DNA from: Candidatus Sulfotelmatobacter sp.
Lineage (GTDB): Bacteria; Acidobacteriota; Terriglobia; Terriglobales; Acidobacteriaceae
NCBI GenBank assembly: GCA_049515395.1
Contig: JBEKUD010000006.1
Location: forward strand, 11,708 to 75,707
Length of the DNA stretch: 64,000 nucleotides
Direction: 5' to 3'
The notes under the pieces are model-generated. The model was not told where the DNA came from, made no database searches, and saw nothing but the letters and a program-made list of their open reading frames with translations. Below are positions 1 through 10,070 of this stretch, in pieces. Position numbers and translations under genes: made by a program. How positions within the stretch are numbered: position 1 is the first letter of the stretch; every line of letters begins with the position of its first letter.

Positions 1-2470
1 GCAATAACATCGCCGTTGCTGCAACCATCGTCGGAACCACTGCGGGTGCCCAACTATCCGGGACGAATGTCGCCTCACCCAATCCTGTGGTTGCCGGATC
101 CAACATTACTTATACCCAGGTAGTCACCAACACGGGATCGCTCGCGGCGAGTGCAGCAAGCTTTACCGAAGCAACGCCTGCGAACACCACACCTGTGTCT
201 TTCTCAGGCGCTTCAGGTTGGACCTGCACATCCCCCCCTGTGAGTTGCACGAACCCCAGCGTGGCGGCAGGTTCCTTCAGCACCTTTACTGCTGTGTATC
301 AAGTGGCCGCAGGCACGGCCGCCGGAACAATCATCACCGACACTGCGACGGTAAACGCCGCGAACCAGGCTTTTGGAGCGAACTCCGCTATCGCCACCGA
401 CGTCGTGGCATCTTCCACAGTGCAAGCTGATCTTGCACTGAGCACATCCGCAACACCGTTTTCCGTTTTTGCGGGCAACGATATTACTTACATCCAGTCG
501 ATAACCAACAATGGTCCCGGCGCAGCCAGCGGAGTCAGCTTTCTAGAACCTGTTCCTGCCAATACAACGTTCGCTTCGGTTTCCGCGCCCGCCGGCTGGA
601 CTTGTACAACCCCGGCGGTGGGTGGAACTGGCAACGTGACCTGCACTAATCCCAGCCTCGCCTTGAGTGCGTCGGCGAACATCATCGTGGTCGTGAACAC
701 AGCATCTACGGCTTTGGCCACTCCGATCACGGCAACTTCCTCGGTCTCATCAACCAGCACCGATCCCAACTCGGCCAATAACAGCACAGTAATCAGTACC
801 CCGCTTACCGCGGCCTGCGACTTGGCGTTGACCAATACCGGGACGCCAAGTCCCGTCGCCGTAGGTGGCACGATTACTTACACGCAAATCGTCACGAATG
901 CCGGACCCAGCAGTTGCAGTACCGTGACCTTCAATGAAGCGATTCCAGCCAATACAACTTTCACCTCATTCGGCGCGACTCCGGCGGGATGGACTTGTAT
1001 CTCCTTTGCTTCTGGTTGCACCAATCCCAGCGTGGCGCCAGGTTCGATCAGTACGTTCACTGTAGTCGTGACTGTGAATGCTGGCACGCCCGCCGGAACT
1101 ATCATCACCGACACTGCCACCGCCTCTACCACAACTCGGGATACGAATCAGAACAACAACTCGGCTACGGTTAATATTGCTGTAGCAAGCGCGACGCAAG
1201 CTGACCTCAGTGTCACCAACTCCGCTAGTCCGAATCCCGTATCGGCAGGCGGTAACATCACCTACGCGCAGACTGTCACCAATGCCGGCCCTGCCAGCGC
1301 GAGCACCGTCATCTTCACGGAGAGCCTCCCGGCTAACACAACAGCGGTCTCGCTGACCGGCCCGGCCGGATGGACTTGCGGAACGTTTACCTGTACCAGC
1401 CCGACACTTTCGGTCTCCACCGCTACTTTTACGTTCGTCGTGAAAGTGAGCGCGGCTGCGACCTCCGGTTCCACGATCACACAAACAGATTCAGTCGCTT
1501 CGTCGGTGACGGTCGATCCCAACTCGGGTAACAACAGCGCGTCGAGCAGCGTATTGGTTGCGGCCTCGGCTGATCTTTCGGTTACGAATATCGCCAGCCC
1601 GATTCCAGTGCAGGCTGGCAATAACGTTACTTACACCCAGATCGTCACCAACGCCGGACCGAGCACGGCTACGGCGGCAAGTTTGACCGAAGTCACGCCG
1701 GCTAACACTACATTTGTCTCCATCGGCACGCCTCCTGCAGGATGGTCATGTATCACTCCTGCTGCGGGCGCTACAGGCGCGATCACTTGTACCGACCCCA
1801 CTTTCGCTGCTGGATCAGCCACCTTTAGCATCGTGGTTCAGGTGAATTCCGGAACGGCCGCGGGCACCGCGATCAGCAGCACCGCATCGGGGAGTTCCTC
1901 ATCCGCCGATCCAAACTTAGCTAACAATACCGCAATCGCCGCGGATGTCGTCGCTCTTTCAACTCAAGCCGATCTGATCACGACCAACGTAGCTTCGCCG
2001 ACTTCGGTTGCCGCAGGCGGCAATGTCACTTATACACAGGGCGTCACCAACAGTGGTCCGCTTGCAGCCGCGGCACCCAGCTTCAGCGAAACCACGCCAC
2101 CGAACACTAACTTCCAATCCATTACGCCTCCCGCGGCCTGGACGTGTACGAAACCGACAGTTGGAAGCGCAGGCACCATCACTTGCACAGCCAGCACGCT
2201 CGCTTTCAACGCGAGTGCCAGCTTTTCGCTGGTGCTGCAAGTGAACGCCGGAACCGCTTCCGGAACCAACATTGCCGAAACTGCCACCGCCGCGGCCACG
2301 AACATCATTCCAAACCTCACCAGCAATAGCGCGACCGCTACTGTTACCGTTGCGGATGCAAATAGCGCGAACGTGACTATTGGGAAGAGCGCAACACCCC
2401 CTTCCACCGTCGCCGACGGCGACACTCTGACTTATACCCTCGCGGTCACGAATAACGGCCCCGCCGCCGC
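1..2470 (+). repeat. In-frame array of at least 7 DUF11 ('conserved repeat domain') units, about 375 nt each
   Basis: Recurrent motifs: NITYTQVVTNTG, DITYIQSITNNG, TITYTQIVTNAG, NITYAQTVTNAG, NVTYTQIVTNAG, NVTYTQGVTNSG, TLTYTLAVTNNG. Each is followed by PANTTF...GWTC(T/I)...C(T)NP. The copies are diverged at nucleotide level. Confidence 0.8.
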
Positions 2471-5318
2471 GACCAACGTCATCGTGACCGATCCGTTGCC
2501 CACGAACGTTACTTTTCTTTCTCCGGTGATCGCGACGGCGGGAACATGCTCAGAGGCGGGCGGCACCGTAACCTGCTTGCTGGGCACAATGGCCAATGGC
2601 GACACAGCCACAATTACCATTCTCACGCTCGCGGGAGCGCCCGGGCTCGCGACAAACACAGCCAGTGTGGTCGCGGACCAGATGACGACCGCCAACACTT
2701 CCACACAAACTGAAACCATCACCGCTGCGACCAAAATTAAGTTGGAGTCCTTCTCAGCCCAGCGCGGCGTGGACAGGACCGGGGCAGAACGCGTCGTTCT
2801 TCTCTGGAAGACAGGTGGCGAAGCGCACAATCTCGGATTCAATGTCTATCGTGAGCAGGCTGGGGAACGTGTTCCATTGAACTCTTCCTTAATCGCCGGA
2901 TCGGCCCTGCTGATGAGCGGGGCCTTGCCGAAACATTCAGGCAAAACTTACAGCTGGATCGATTCGTCTGCGAACGCCGGCAGCAGCTCTTATTGGCTGG
3001 AAGACGTGGACGTAAGCGGCACTCGCGTGTTCCACGGACCAGTTTCGCCAGCGGCCTCCAGCAACTACGCCCTTTCTGCCAGCGATCGCACTTCGGCGAT
3101 CATGCTGAACCAGCTGAACAAGGCGCAGCCTGCACCCACGCTCAACGACATCAGTCACCCCATCGAGAATGTTTTATCCCCTACTCTGGCTACGGTTGTG
3201 CAGCAGCAGAAGCAATTCGAACTCGCGAGTCATCCAGCGGTAAAAATATTTGTGAAGCACGAAGGCTGGTACCGCCTGACTCAACCGCAACTCGTCGCTG
3301 CTGGGCTCGATCCAAACAGCGATCCCGCATTCCTGCACCTTTACGCGGAGGCCATCGAGCAGCCCATTCAGATCAGCGGCGCCTCCGCCGGCGCGGGAGG
3401 TTTTGGTCCTCAGGCTGCAATTCTTTTCTACGGCACCGGCATCGACACACCCTACTCAGGCACCAGAGCTTATTGGCTGGCGGTCGAAGAGTCGCACGGT
3501 CAACGCATTCGCCGGTTGCCACTTTCTGCCGGCTCCAGTCAACCTCCGGCAAGCTTCCCGTTCACCGTGGAACTCGCGCCTCGTACAACCTACTTTTCGG
3601 CGTTGATAACCTCCGACGGCAACAATTTCTTTGGACCGCTGGTTTCTTCTACGGCCATGAACGAGACCATGCAGGTCAACAACCTCGATACCGCTTCAAC
3701 CCAGCCAGTACAGCTGGAAGTGGTTCTGCAGGGTGTGATCCTGGCTTTCCCGCATGATGTCACCATCGCGCTGAATGGCGCCAATCTGGGCGATGTGAAC
3801 TTCACGGGTCAAGCGAAAGGAAAATTCAGTATTGCAGTCCCGGCCGGCATTCTGCAGAACGGAACCAACACCGTCACGCTGACTTCGCAGGATGGTGCAT
3901 ACGATATCAGCCTGTTGCAGTCGATTCGCATCACCTATCCGCACTCTTATGCGGCCGACTCCGATGCCCTCACCTTCACCGGACGATCGGGGGATGAGTT
4001 GAAGGTCACGGGATTCACTCAGCCTGGAATCGTCGTCTTGGATATTACAAATCCGGATCGACCGGTCGCGCTTGGCATTCGAGTTACGCCGCAATCGACC
4101 TCGAATACGACCAACTACTCAATGGAATTCCAGGTGCCATGGTCCCTGACCACCCGTGCGGCTCCAACGCAACACACTCTGATTGCCGTGGCCGATGACC
4201 GCATTGCCTCACCCGTGGGGATGCGCCAGAACCATCCCTCGCGCTGGCATTTCACCCAAGCCGGCAGCGAAGTTGTGATGCTGTCGGCGGAGCCCTTTGC
4301 GGTTGCTCTAGGCGGGATCGTGCGCGCGCACGCAATGGAAAAAAAATCATCCGTGGTGGTGTTGGTTGACGATCTCTACGACGAGTTCAACTTCGGCGAG
4401 CACAGTCCTCAAGCCATCCGGGACTTTTTGCAGACGGCGGTCAAGGCGTGGCACGCCGCGCCGAGATATCTCTTGCTCAACGGTCGAGCCTCGCTCGATC
4501 CCCGCAATTATCTGGGATTCGGCCACCTGGATTTCGTTCCTACGAAAATCATTGCGACCACCGGGATGATGACGGCCTCCGACGACTGGTTCTCAGATTT
4601 CGATGACAGCGGCATGCCCACCATTGCAACCGGGCGCTTGCCGGTGAGCACGGCCGCCGAAGCACAACTCGTGGCTGACAGGATCGCCAGTTATGAGGGG
4701 CAATCCACCGATGGCCCGTGGACGTCCCAGGCGCTGATGGTCGCTGATGTCAACGATACCGAAAACTTTACGAATGACAGCAAGATTGTCCAGGCGCAGC
4801 TGCCCTCCACCCTGCAGGTGACGGATGTCTTCGGCAGCGCCATGAGCCCGTCCGATGCGCGCCAGGCAATCCTCAACGCCATCAACTCAGGACAAGTGCT
4901 GGTGAATTATGAGGGACACGGCTCCGAAGACGAATGGTCCGGTAACGATTTTTTCGACAGCACCGCGGCCACTTCTCTCAGCAACGGGACTTCGTTGCCG
5001 GTCTTCCTTATCATGGACTGCCTTAACGGATTGTTCCAGGATGTTTACGAAGATCCGCTCGCCGTTTCACTGATGCTCGCCCCGAATGGAGGCGCGGTAG
5101 CGGTGCTGGCCTCGAGCGGACTGAATCAGGCCTCGCCGCAGACCACTCTCAACCAACTGGTAGTTCAAGGCGCGATGAGCTCGTTGCCACTGTCGTTGGG
5201 AGATTCAATCCTCAAAGCGAAGTCAGGCATCTCGGATCTTGCGGTGCGAAAAACGTATATCCTGTTTGGCGATCCCGCCATGCGGATCAAGTCTGCTCGA
5301 TCCCATCTCACGCCCTGA
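1..5318 (+). CDS. Giant secreted/surface protein (5'-partial): DUF11-type repeat array plus C-terminal peptidase C25 (gingipain-like) domain
   Basis: The frame stays open to the window edge. Nt 3-86 translate to NNIAVAATIVGTTAGAQLSGTNVASPNPVVAGS, the same repeat unit, so the GTG at 87 is not the true start. Seven units of about 125 aa carry the signature x(I/V)TY(T/A/I)QxVTNxGP. The C-terminal ~450 aa has gingipain-type His (VNYEGHGSEDEW) and Cys (FLIMDCLNG) motifs and ends LFGDPAMRI. Confidence 0.85.
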   Translation, partial: NNIAVAATIVGTTAGAQLSGTNVASPNPVVAGSNITYTQVVTNTGSLAASAASFTEATPANTTPVSFSGASGWTCTSPPVSCTNPSVAAGSFSTFTAVYQVAAGTAAGTIITDTATVNAANQAFGANSAIATDVVASSTVQADLALSTSATPFSVFAGNDITYIQSITNNGPGAASGVSFLEPVPANTTFASVSAPAGWTCTTPAVGGTGNVTCTNPSLALSASANIIVVVNTASTALATPITATSSVSSTSTDPNSANNSTVISTPLTAACDLALTNTGTPSPVAVGGTITYTQIVTNAGPSSCSTVTFNEAIPANTTFTSFGATPAGWTCISFASGCTNPSVAPGSISTFTVVVTVNAGTPAGTIITDTATASTTTRDTNQNNNSATVNIAVASATQADLSVTNSASPNPVSAGGNITYAQTVTNAGPASASTVIFTESLPANTTAVSLTGPAGWTCGTFTCTSPTLSVSTATFTFVVKVSAAATSGSTITQTDSVASSVTVDPNSGNNSASSSVLVAASADLSVTNIASPIPVQAGNNVTYTQIVTNAGPSTATAASLTEVTPANTTFVSIGTPPAGWSCITPAAGATGAITCTDPTFAAGSATFSIVVQVNSGTAAGTAISSTASGSSSSADPNLANNTAIAADVVALSTQADLITTNVASPTSVAAGGNVTYTQGVTNSGPLAAAAPSFSETTPPNTNFQSITPPAAWTCTKPTVGSAGTITCTASTLAFNASASFSLVLQVNAGTASGTNIAETATAAATNIIPNLTSNSATATVTVADANSANVTIGKSATPPSTVADGDTLTYTLAVTNNGPAAATNVIVTDPLPTNVTFLSPVIATAGTCSEAGGTVTCLLGTMANGDTATITILTLAGAPGLATNTASVVADQMTTANTSTQTETITAATKIKLESFSAQRGVDRTGAERVVLLWKTGGEAHNLGFNVYREQAGERVPLNSSLIAGSALLMSGALPKHSGKTYSWIDSSANAGSSSYWLEDVDVSGTRVFHGPVSPAASSNYALSASDRTSAIMLNQLNKAQPAPTLNDISHPIENVLSPTLATVVQQQKQFELASHPAVKIFVKHEGWYRLTQPQLVAAGLDPNSDPAFLHLYAEAIEQPIQISGASAGAGGFGPQAAILFYGTGIDTPYSGTRAYWLAVEESHGQRIRRLPLSAGSSQPPASFPFTVELAPRTTYFSALITSDGNNFFGPLVSSTAMNETMQVNNLDTASTQPVQLEVVLQGVILAFPHDVTIALNGANLGDVNFTGQAKGKFSIAVPAGILQNGTNTVTLTSQDGAYDISLLQSIRITYPHSYAADSDALTFTGRSGDELKVTGFTQPGIVVLDITNPDRPVALGIRVTPQSTSNTTNYSMEFQVPWSLTTRAAPTQHTLIAVADDRIASPVGMRQNHPSRWHFTQAGSEVVMLSAEPFAVALGGIVRAHAMEKKSSVVVLVDDLYDEFNFGEHSPQAIRDFLQTAVKAWHAAPRYLLLNGRASLDPRNYLGFGHLDFVPTKIIATTGMMTASDDWFSDFDDSGMPTIATGRLPVSTAAEAQLVADRIASYEGQSTDGPWTSQALMVADVNDTENFTNDSKIVQAQLPSTLQVTDVFGSAMSPSDARQAILNAINSGQVLVNYEGHGSEDEWSGNDFFDSTAATSLSNGTSLPVFLIMDCLNGLFQDVYEDPLAVSLMLAPNGGAVAVLASSGLNQASPQTTLNQLVVQGAMSSLPLSLGDSILKAKSGISDLAVRKTYILFGDPAMRIKSARSHLTP

Positions 5319-5329
5319 CCCTTCTGGGC

Positions 5330-6358
5330 TTACACATGCGCCATGTCCGCGACCACGGCTGCTTGCCGCAGCGGCTCCGTAAGGGCCTTCATCACCTTTT
5401 CGAATCCTGCAAAGTCGAGAGACTGCGCGCCATCCGAGAGCGCCCGCTCTGGGCAGGGATGCACTTCGATGATCAGTCCATCGGCTCCCACCGCGACTGC
5501 TGCACGCGAGACTGCGGCTATCAGACTCTGCTTGCCGGTTCCATGCGAGGGGTCGGCGATCACCGGTAGATGAGAGAGATCGCGTGCCAAAGCCACGGCT
5601 GCCAGGTCGAACGTATTGCGCATCTCCGTCTCGAAGGTCTTGATCCCACGCTCGCAGAGCACAACTTGACTGTTCCCTCCCGATAGCAGGTACTCCGCAG
5701 CCAGCAGCCATTCCTTCACTGTTGCCGACGGTCCCCTCTTTAACAGCACCGGTTTCCTCACGGTTGCCAGACGGCGCAAAAGCGCGAAATTCTGCATGTT
5801 GCGCGCTCCCACCTGCAGCATGTCGACATGTTCACAAATGATGTCCACATCTTCCGTGCTCATCACTTCCGTGACTACAGGGAGCCCGGACGCCTCGCGC
5901 GCTTCCCGCAGAATTTTCAATGCTTCCAGTCCAAGTCCCTGAAAGTCGTAAGGCGAAGTGCGAGGCTTGTAGGCGCCACCGCGCAGCATCGTGGCGCCCG
6001 CCCGCCTAACGGCATGCGCCGTTCCCAGCAACTGTTCGCGAGACTCCACTGAGCAAGGTCCGGCAATAATCACAACGCCCGGCCCACCAATGCAGACCCC
6101 ACCTACATTTACCACGGACCTCTCCGGCTTCACTTGCCGGCTGACGAGCTTGAAGGGTTGTGCAATGGCAACCACATTCTCTACGCCGGGCGCCACCTGG
6201 AGTGCTTCGATCTCGTGCCGGCGACCGCTTCCCACAGCAGCCACGATCGTGCGTTCCACTCCGCGTGTGATATGAGGTTGGTAGCCCGCTTCGCGAATGC
6301 GCTCGATCACGTGCTCAATTTCTTGCTCGGTCGCCTTTTCAGACATGTTGACAATCAT
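5330..6358 (-). CDS. aroF: 3-deoxy-7-phosphoheptulonate (DAHP) synthase, type I-beta, with N-terminal ferredoxin/ACT-like regulatory domain
   Basis: 342 aa. The N-terminus [33 protein letters not shown] resembles the regulatory domain. The KDO8P/DAHPS I-beta core shows [30 protein letters not shown] and IADPSHG. AGGAGA SD upstream. Confidence 0.9.
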   Translation of the reverse strand: MIVNMSEKATEQEIEHVIERIREAGYQPHITRGVERTIVAAVGSGRRHEIEALQVAPGVENVVAIAQPFKLVSRQVKPERSVVNVGGVCIGGPGVVIIAGPCSVESREQLLGTAHAVRRAGATMLRGGAYKPRTSPYDFQGLGLEALKILREAREASGLPVVTEVMSTEDVDIICEHVDMLQVGARNMQNFALLRRLATVRKPVLLKRGPSATVKEWLLAAEYLLSGGNSQVVLCERGIKTFETEMRNTFDLAAVALARDLSHLPVIADPSHGTGKQSLIAAVSRAAVAVGADGLIIEVHPCPERALSDGAQSLDFAGFEKVMKALTEPLRQAAVVADMAHV

Positions 6359-6487
6359 GTGTTTCTCCTAAGTTGCGTACTGAGATCTCAAGCTCTTTCA
6401 CCACGGAAGCACAGAGAGAAAACCGCAAAACTGTTTTAGGTGGCCTTTCTCGGTTGTCAGTTGCTTTGGTGTAAAGGCTCTTTCCTT

Positions 6488-6520
6488 GAAAAAGCAAAAG
6501 CCGCGATCCCGGATCGCGGC
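6488..6520 (-). terminator. Rho-independent terminator downstream of the orphan flp gene
   Basis: Minus-strand read: GCCGCGATCC-GG-GATCGCGGC stem, followed by TTTTGCTTTTT. Confidence 0.7.
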
Positions 6521-6690
6521 TCCTCGTGGAACTTGCCTGAATCTAGTCATTCATGGGTGATTCGATCTCCCCGCAAGTGCCGCCGCAGCCGCTACTCCGA
6601 CAGTAGCGTAACTGCCCGGTAAACGAGGGAAATGGCTGCATAATGTAATCTTCCCGTCTTGCCAACTACTCATGATTGGCAATCTGTGAA

Positions 6691-6855
6691 CTACTGGATG
6701 GAACTGGCTACATTGGAAAAAGCATTATTAGCGTTCGATCCAATCAGGCGTATGGTTCCGACCACCAGCACCAGAATCACCGCCAGCATCACAGCATATT
6801 CAGCGATATCCTGCCCCGAATCTTCTGACCATAGCCTGCGCATGAACTCGGACAT
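6691..6855 (-). CDS. flp: Flp/Fap family type IVb pilin (54 aa), second copy, absent from the ORF track
   Basis: Hand translation: MSEFMRRLWSEDSGQDIAEYAVMLAVILVLVVGTIRLIGSNANNAFSNVASSIQ*. GGAGG lies 6 nt upstream of the ATG. It carries the Flp motif G/xxxxEY plus a hydrophobic helix. The predicted mature part matches the flp at 44475-44636 in 38 of 40 residues. Confidence 0.85.
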   Translation of the reverse strand: MSEFMRRLWSEDSGQDIAEYAVMLAVILVLVVGTIRLIGSNANNAFSNVASSIQ

Positions 6856-6913
6856 TTTTTCCTCCGTTCCGATACGTTATCCCCTGGAGCGAAGATCAGC
6901 AATCGGTGAACCC

Positions 6914-6942
6914 ATAATGCCGCAGCCTGCAGCGCTTGTCAA
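6914..6942 (-). promoter_or_regulatory. Putative sigma70-type promoter for the orphan flp
   Basis: Minus strand reads TTGACA-N17-CATTAT, between the nuoN stop (6973) and the flp start (6855). Confidence 0.4.
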
Positions 6943-6972
6943 ATATCAACACTCGGGATTTCCACAAGCGAT

Positions 6973-8556
6973 TCAGAGCTGTTCGAGGGGTTCGCCGGAG
7001 GCCGACACAGGCGCCGGGGAAGGCATTTCGGGCCCGGTCGACCGCACGAGTTGCCGCGCGGAATCCTGCGCATACTGCAACACACGACCAGGAAAAAGTC
7101 CAAGATACAGGGTGGACGCGATGCAACACGCCAGCGCCATCCTCAGCGCGAAAGGAACCGGCGCCACCGGAACTTCCTTTCGAGATTCGCGCATATACAT
7201 TACAACGATGATGCGCAGATAATAGTAGGCCCCAATGCCGCTATTCAGCACACCGATTACGGTCAGCCAGATCAAGTTGGCTTTTACGGCGGCGCTGAAG
7301 ACGTAGAACTTCGCAAAAAAGCCGCCCGTCATGGGGATACCGATCAGCGACAGCAGGAAGATGGTCAGCGTCGCTGCCAGCAGCGGGGAACTGCGGCCCA
7401 GCCCTTCATAGTCTTCGATCGTCACATAGCGTTCGCCGGTGTTGGCAAAATGGCTGACTACGGCAAAAGCTCCCAGGTTCATGGCCGCATACGCCGCGGT
7501 GTAAAACATGGCTGCCGAGGTCCCCAGAACCGGCGCGGCTGCGAATGCCACCAGCAGATAGCCTGCGTGAGCAATCGACGAGTAGGCCAGCAGTCGCTTT
7601 ACGTTATTTTGGACAAGCGCGCCCACGTTCCCCAATGTCATGGAGAGCGCGGCCGCAACCCAGATCAGCCAGAACGTTCCCGGCATATCGATCACAAAAA
7701 CAATGCGCAGCAAAACCGCAAATGCCGCTGCCTTGGGCGCGGTCGACATCAATCCCACAATTGGCGCTGGCGCTCCTTCATACACGTCAGGGGTCCACAC
7801 GTGGAACGGCGCTGCCGCCACTTTGAATCCTAAACCCACAAACATCAGCGCCACAGCCACGAATGCCAGCAAAGAAATCGGACCACTCTGCAACGCTCGG
7901 CTGATCTGGTCGATATTCGTCGAGCCCGTGGCGCCAAACATCATCGCCACCCCGTACAGGAAAAAGGCCGTCGCGAATGAACCAAGCAGAAAATATTTCA
8001 ACGAAGCTTCCGCGCTGGCAGCCTCATGCCGCCGAAATCCGGTGAGCACATAAGAAGCGATGGAAGATATCTCGAGTGAGATGAAAATCAGAACGAGTTC
8101 CACCGCCGACGACATCAGCGCCATGCCGACCGCACCGAAAAGAATCAGCGCGTAGTATTCTCCCGCGCGAATTCCTTGTACCGCCATATATTCATAGGAA
8201 CTAAGGATGACGACGCCAGCGATCGCAGTCACCAGAAAGTGAAAGAAGACGCTGAATCCGTCCACCCGCACCGAATCCCAGAACGCCAGGCCCGGTGACT
8301 GGGCCATGAGCCATGTCGCCCCAATACCTGCCGCCGCCCCCAGCAACGCAATCAGCCCCAGCACCTTCTGCCCCTTTTTCTCGTCGAGAAGTGGTTCCAG
8401 AACCATCACAATCATCCCGAAAACAGAGAGAACAATTTCGGGCAGGATTCGAACGTAATCGGCGGCTTGCGGGAGCACCTTCGAATAGGCCGGGACGAGC
8501 TTTGGGATCATGCTTCCGACCATGGTCGATGCGACGCTCATCGTTGCGACGATCAT
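6973..8556 (-). CDS. nuoN: NADH-quinone oxidoreductase subunit N
   Basis: 527-aa polytopic antiporter-like subunit. The start overlaps the nuoM stop as ATGA. Last gene of the nuo series. Confidence 0.93.
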   Translation of the reverse strand: MIVATMSVASTMVGSMIPKLVPAYSKVLPQAADYVRILPEIVLSVFGMIVMVLEPLLDEKKGQKVLGLIALLGAAAGIGATWLMAQSPGLAFWDSVRVDGFSVFFHFLVTAIAGVVILSSYEYMAVQGIRAGEYYALILFGAVGMALMSSAVELVLIFISLEISSIASYVLTGFRRHEAASAEASLKYFLLGSFATAFFLYGVAMMFGATGSTNIDQISRALQSGPISLLAFVAVALMFVGLGFKVAAAPFHVWTPDVYEGAPAPIVGLMSTAPKAAAFAVLLRIVFVIDMPGTFWLIWVAAALSMTLGNVGALVQNNVKRLLAYSSIAHAGYLLVAFAAAPVLGTSAAMFYTAAYAAMNLGAFAVVSHFANTGERYVTIEDYEGLGRSSPLLAATLTIFLLSLIGIPMTGGFFAKFYVFSAAVKANLIWLTVIGVLNSGIGAYYYLRIIVVMYMRESRKEVPVAPVPFALRMALACCIASTLYLGLFPGRVLQYAQDSARQLVRSTGPEMPSPAPVSASGEPLEQL

Positions 8557-10070
8557 TGTCCCACCACCCTGCTCGCCACCCGCGCCAATGGAGTCAGCGC
8601 CGCCTGAACTGCCGGATCAACCGCTCCCAGCCATAGAATCGGTGCAACCCCCATCACCAGAGCCGCCGCGGCGCAAGGCCACACCGCCCATTTTTCGAAT
8701 CCAGAAAGATCGCTCAACGAATTGTTCACCGCGTGCGTAACCTTGCCGTAGAACACTCGCTGGTACATCCACAGCAGATAGACGGCGCTCCAAATCACGC
8801 CCGTGGCCCCGAGTATCCCATACACGGGTTTCGCCTGGAACGCGCCGCTCAGTACAAGAAATTCGCCGATAAATCCATTCAGCAAAGGCAACCCCGCCGA
8901 CGCCAATACGATCACCAGATACGACGCCGCATATAACGGCATGGGTGACGCCAGTCCACCAAACTCGCTGATTTCATACGTATGCCGCCGTTCGTGAAGA
9001 ATCCCCGCCAGCATGAACAATCCGCCCGTTGAAATTCCATGCGCCAGCATTACAAACATCGCGCCGTTCAATCCTGCCTGGGTGAAACTGAAAATTCCCA
9101 GCACCACAAATCCCAAGTGGCTGACCGAAGAATAGGCAATCAGCTTCTTCATGTTGGGCTGGACCATGGCTACCAAAGCGCCATAGATGATCCCAATCAA
9201 GGCCAGCGTCATCACCCAGGGAGCGTTCTGTCGTGATTGCCCGGGAAAGAGCCCAAGGTTGAAGCGCAATAATCCATAAGTCCCCATTTTGAGCAGCACG
9301 CCCGCCAGCAGCACCGACCCAGCCGTCGGCGCCTCCACGTGCGCATCAGGCAACCAAGTGTGAAAAGGGAAGAGTGGGACTTTCACTGCGAACGCTAGAA
9401 AAAATCCCAAAAACAACCACTGGGCTGCCGCCGGAAATTTCGCTACGCCTCCGTTCATGATCTGATCGCGAATCACGACAAAGTCAAAGCTGCCGGTGTG
9501 CGCGTAAAGCCACAGGATCGCCGCCAGCATGAACACCGAGGCGATCATGGTGTACATGAAAAACTTTACCGCGGCATACACTTTGCGCTCATGCCCGAAA
9601 ATGCCAATCAGCAGCGCCATCGGGATCAACGTCGCTTCCCAGAAGAAGTAAAAGAGAAACAGGTCCAACGATGTGAATACACCGATCAGCGCAGTCTCCA
9701 GAACCAGCAGCAGAATGAAGAACTCCTTCACCCGGTCGTGGATCGATGTCCACGAGATCAGCACACAGAGTGGTGTGAGAAACGTGGTGAGCACCACCAG
9801 CCATAGAGAGATCCCGTCGATTCCCATGTGGTAGTGGATGTTCGGAGTGGAAACCCATTGCCTGTCCACCTGAAACTGAAAATCTGTTTGCGGCCGATGA
9901 AAATGAACCGGCAGGTGTAAAGACAGGACGAACGTCAGAAGAGAAATGACCAGAGCAAAAATTCGAATGTCCCGGTCGCGGCGGGGGAAAAACATAAGCA
10001 GCAGCCCACCCGCAAGCGGCACAAAAGTCACCAGCGTCAGGATGATAGAGCTGAGATTGTCGATGCTCAT
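8553..10070 (-). CDS. nuoM: NADH-quinone oxidoreductase subunit M
   Basis: Antiporter-like subunit with motifs HTWLPDAHVEAPTAGSVLLAGVLLKMG. I place the start at MSIDNLSS (10070), which gives a 4-nt ATGA overlap with the nuoL stop. The ORF-track start at 10127 is probably too far upstream. Confidence 0.93.
   Translation of the reverse strand: MSIDNLSSIILTLVTFVPLAGGLLLMFFPRRDRDIRIFALVISLLTFVLSLHLPVHFHRPQTDFQFQVDRQWVSTPNIHYHMGIDGISLWLVVLTTFLTPLCVLISWTSIHDRVKEFFILLLVLETALIGVFTSLDLFLFYFFWEATLIPMALLIGIFGHERKVYAAVKFFMYTMIASVFMLAAILWLYAHTGSFDFVVIRDQIMNGGVAKFPAAAQWLFLGFFLAFAVKVPLFPFHTWLPDAHVEAPTAGSVLLAGVLLKMGTYGLLRFNLGLFPGQSRQNAPWVMTLALIGIIYGALVAMVQPNMKKLIAYSSVSHLGFVVLGIFSFTQAGLNGAMFVMLAHGISTGGLFMLAGILHERRHTYEISEFGGLASPMPLYAASYLVIVLASAGLPLLNGFIGEFLVLSGAFQAKPVYGILGATGVIWSAVYLLWMYQRVFYGKVTHAVNNSLSDLSGFEKWAVWPCAAAALVMGVAPILWLGAVDPAVQAALTPLARVASRVVGQ

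Noticed and set aside
6543-6641. 32-codon Cys-rich ORF (MQPFPSFTGQLRYCRSSGCGGTCGEIESPMND) between the orphan flp stop and its terminator, and an overlapping 40-codon ORF (6551-6673).
   Set aside because: There is no convincing Shine-Dalgarno sequence. The two candidate frames overlap each other. The region also folds into a 7-bp hairpin (6590-6608), so it is more simply a 3' UTR. It is worth only a ribosome-profiling glance.
6659-7222. 187-aa plus-strand ORF spanning the nuoN-flp spacer.
   Set aside because: It overlaps the hand-verified minus-strand flp gene and the 3' end of nuoN in antisense, and its sequence is not protein-like.
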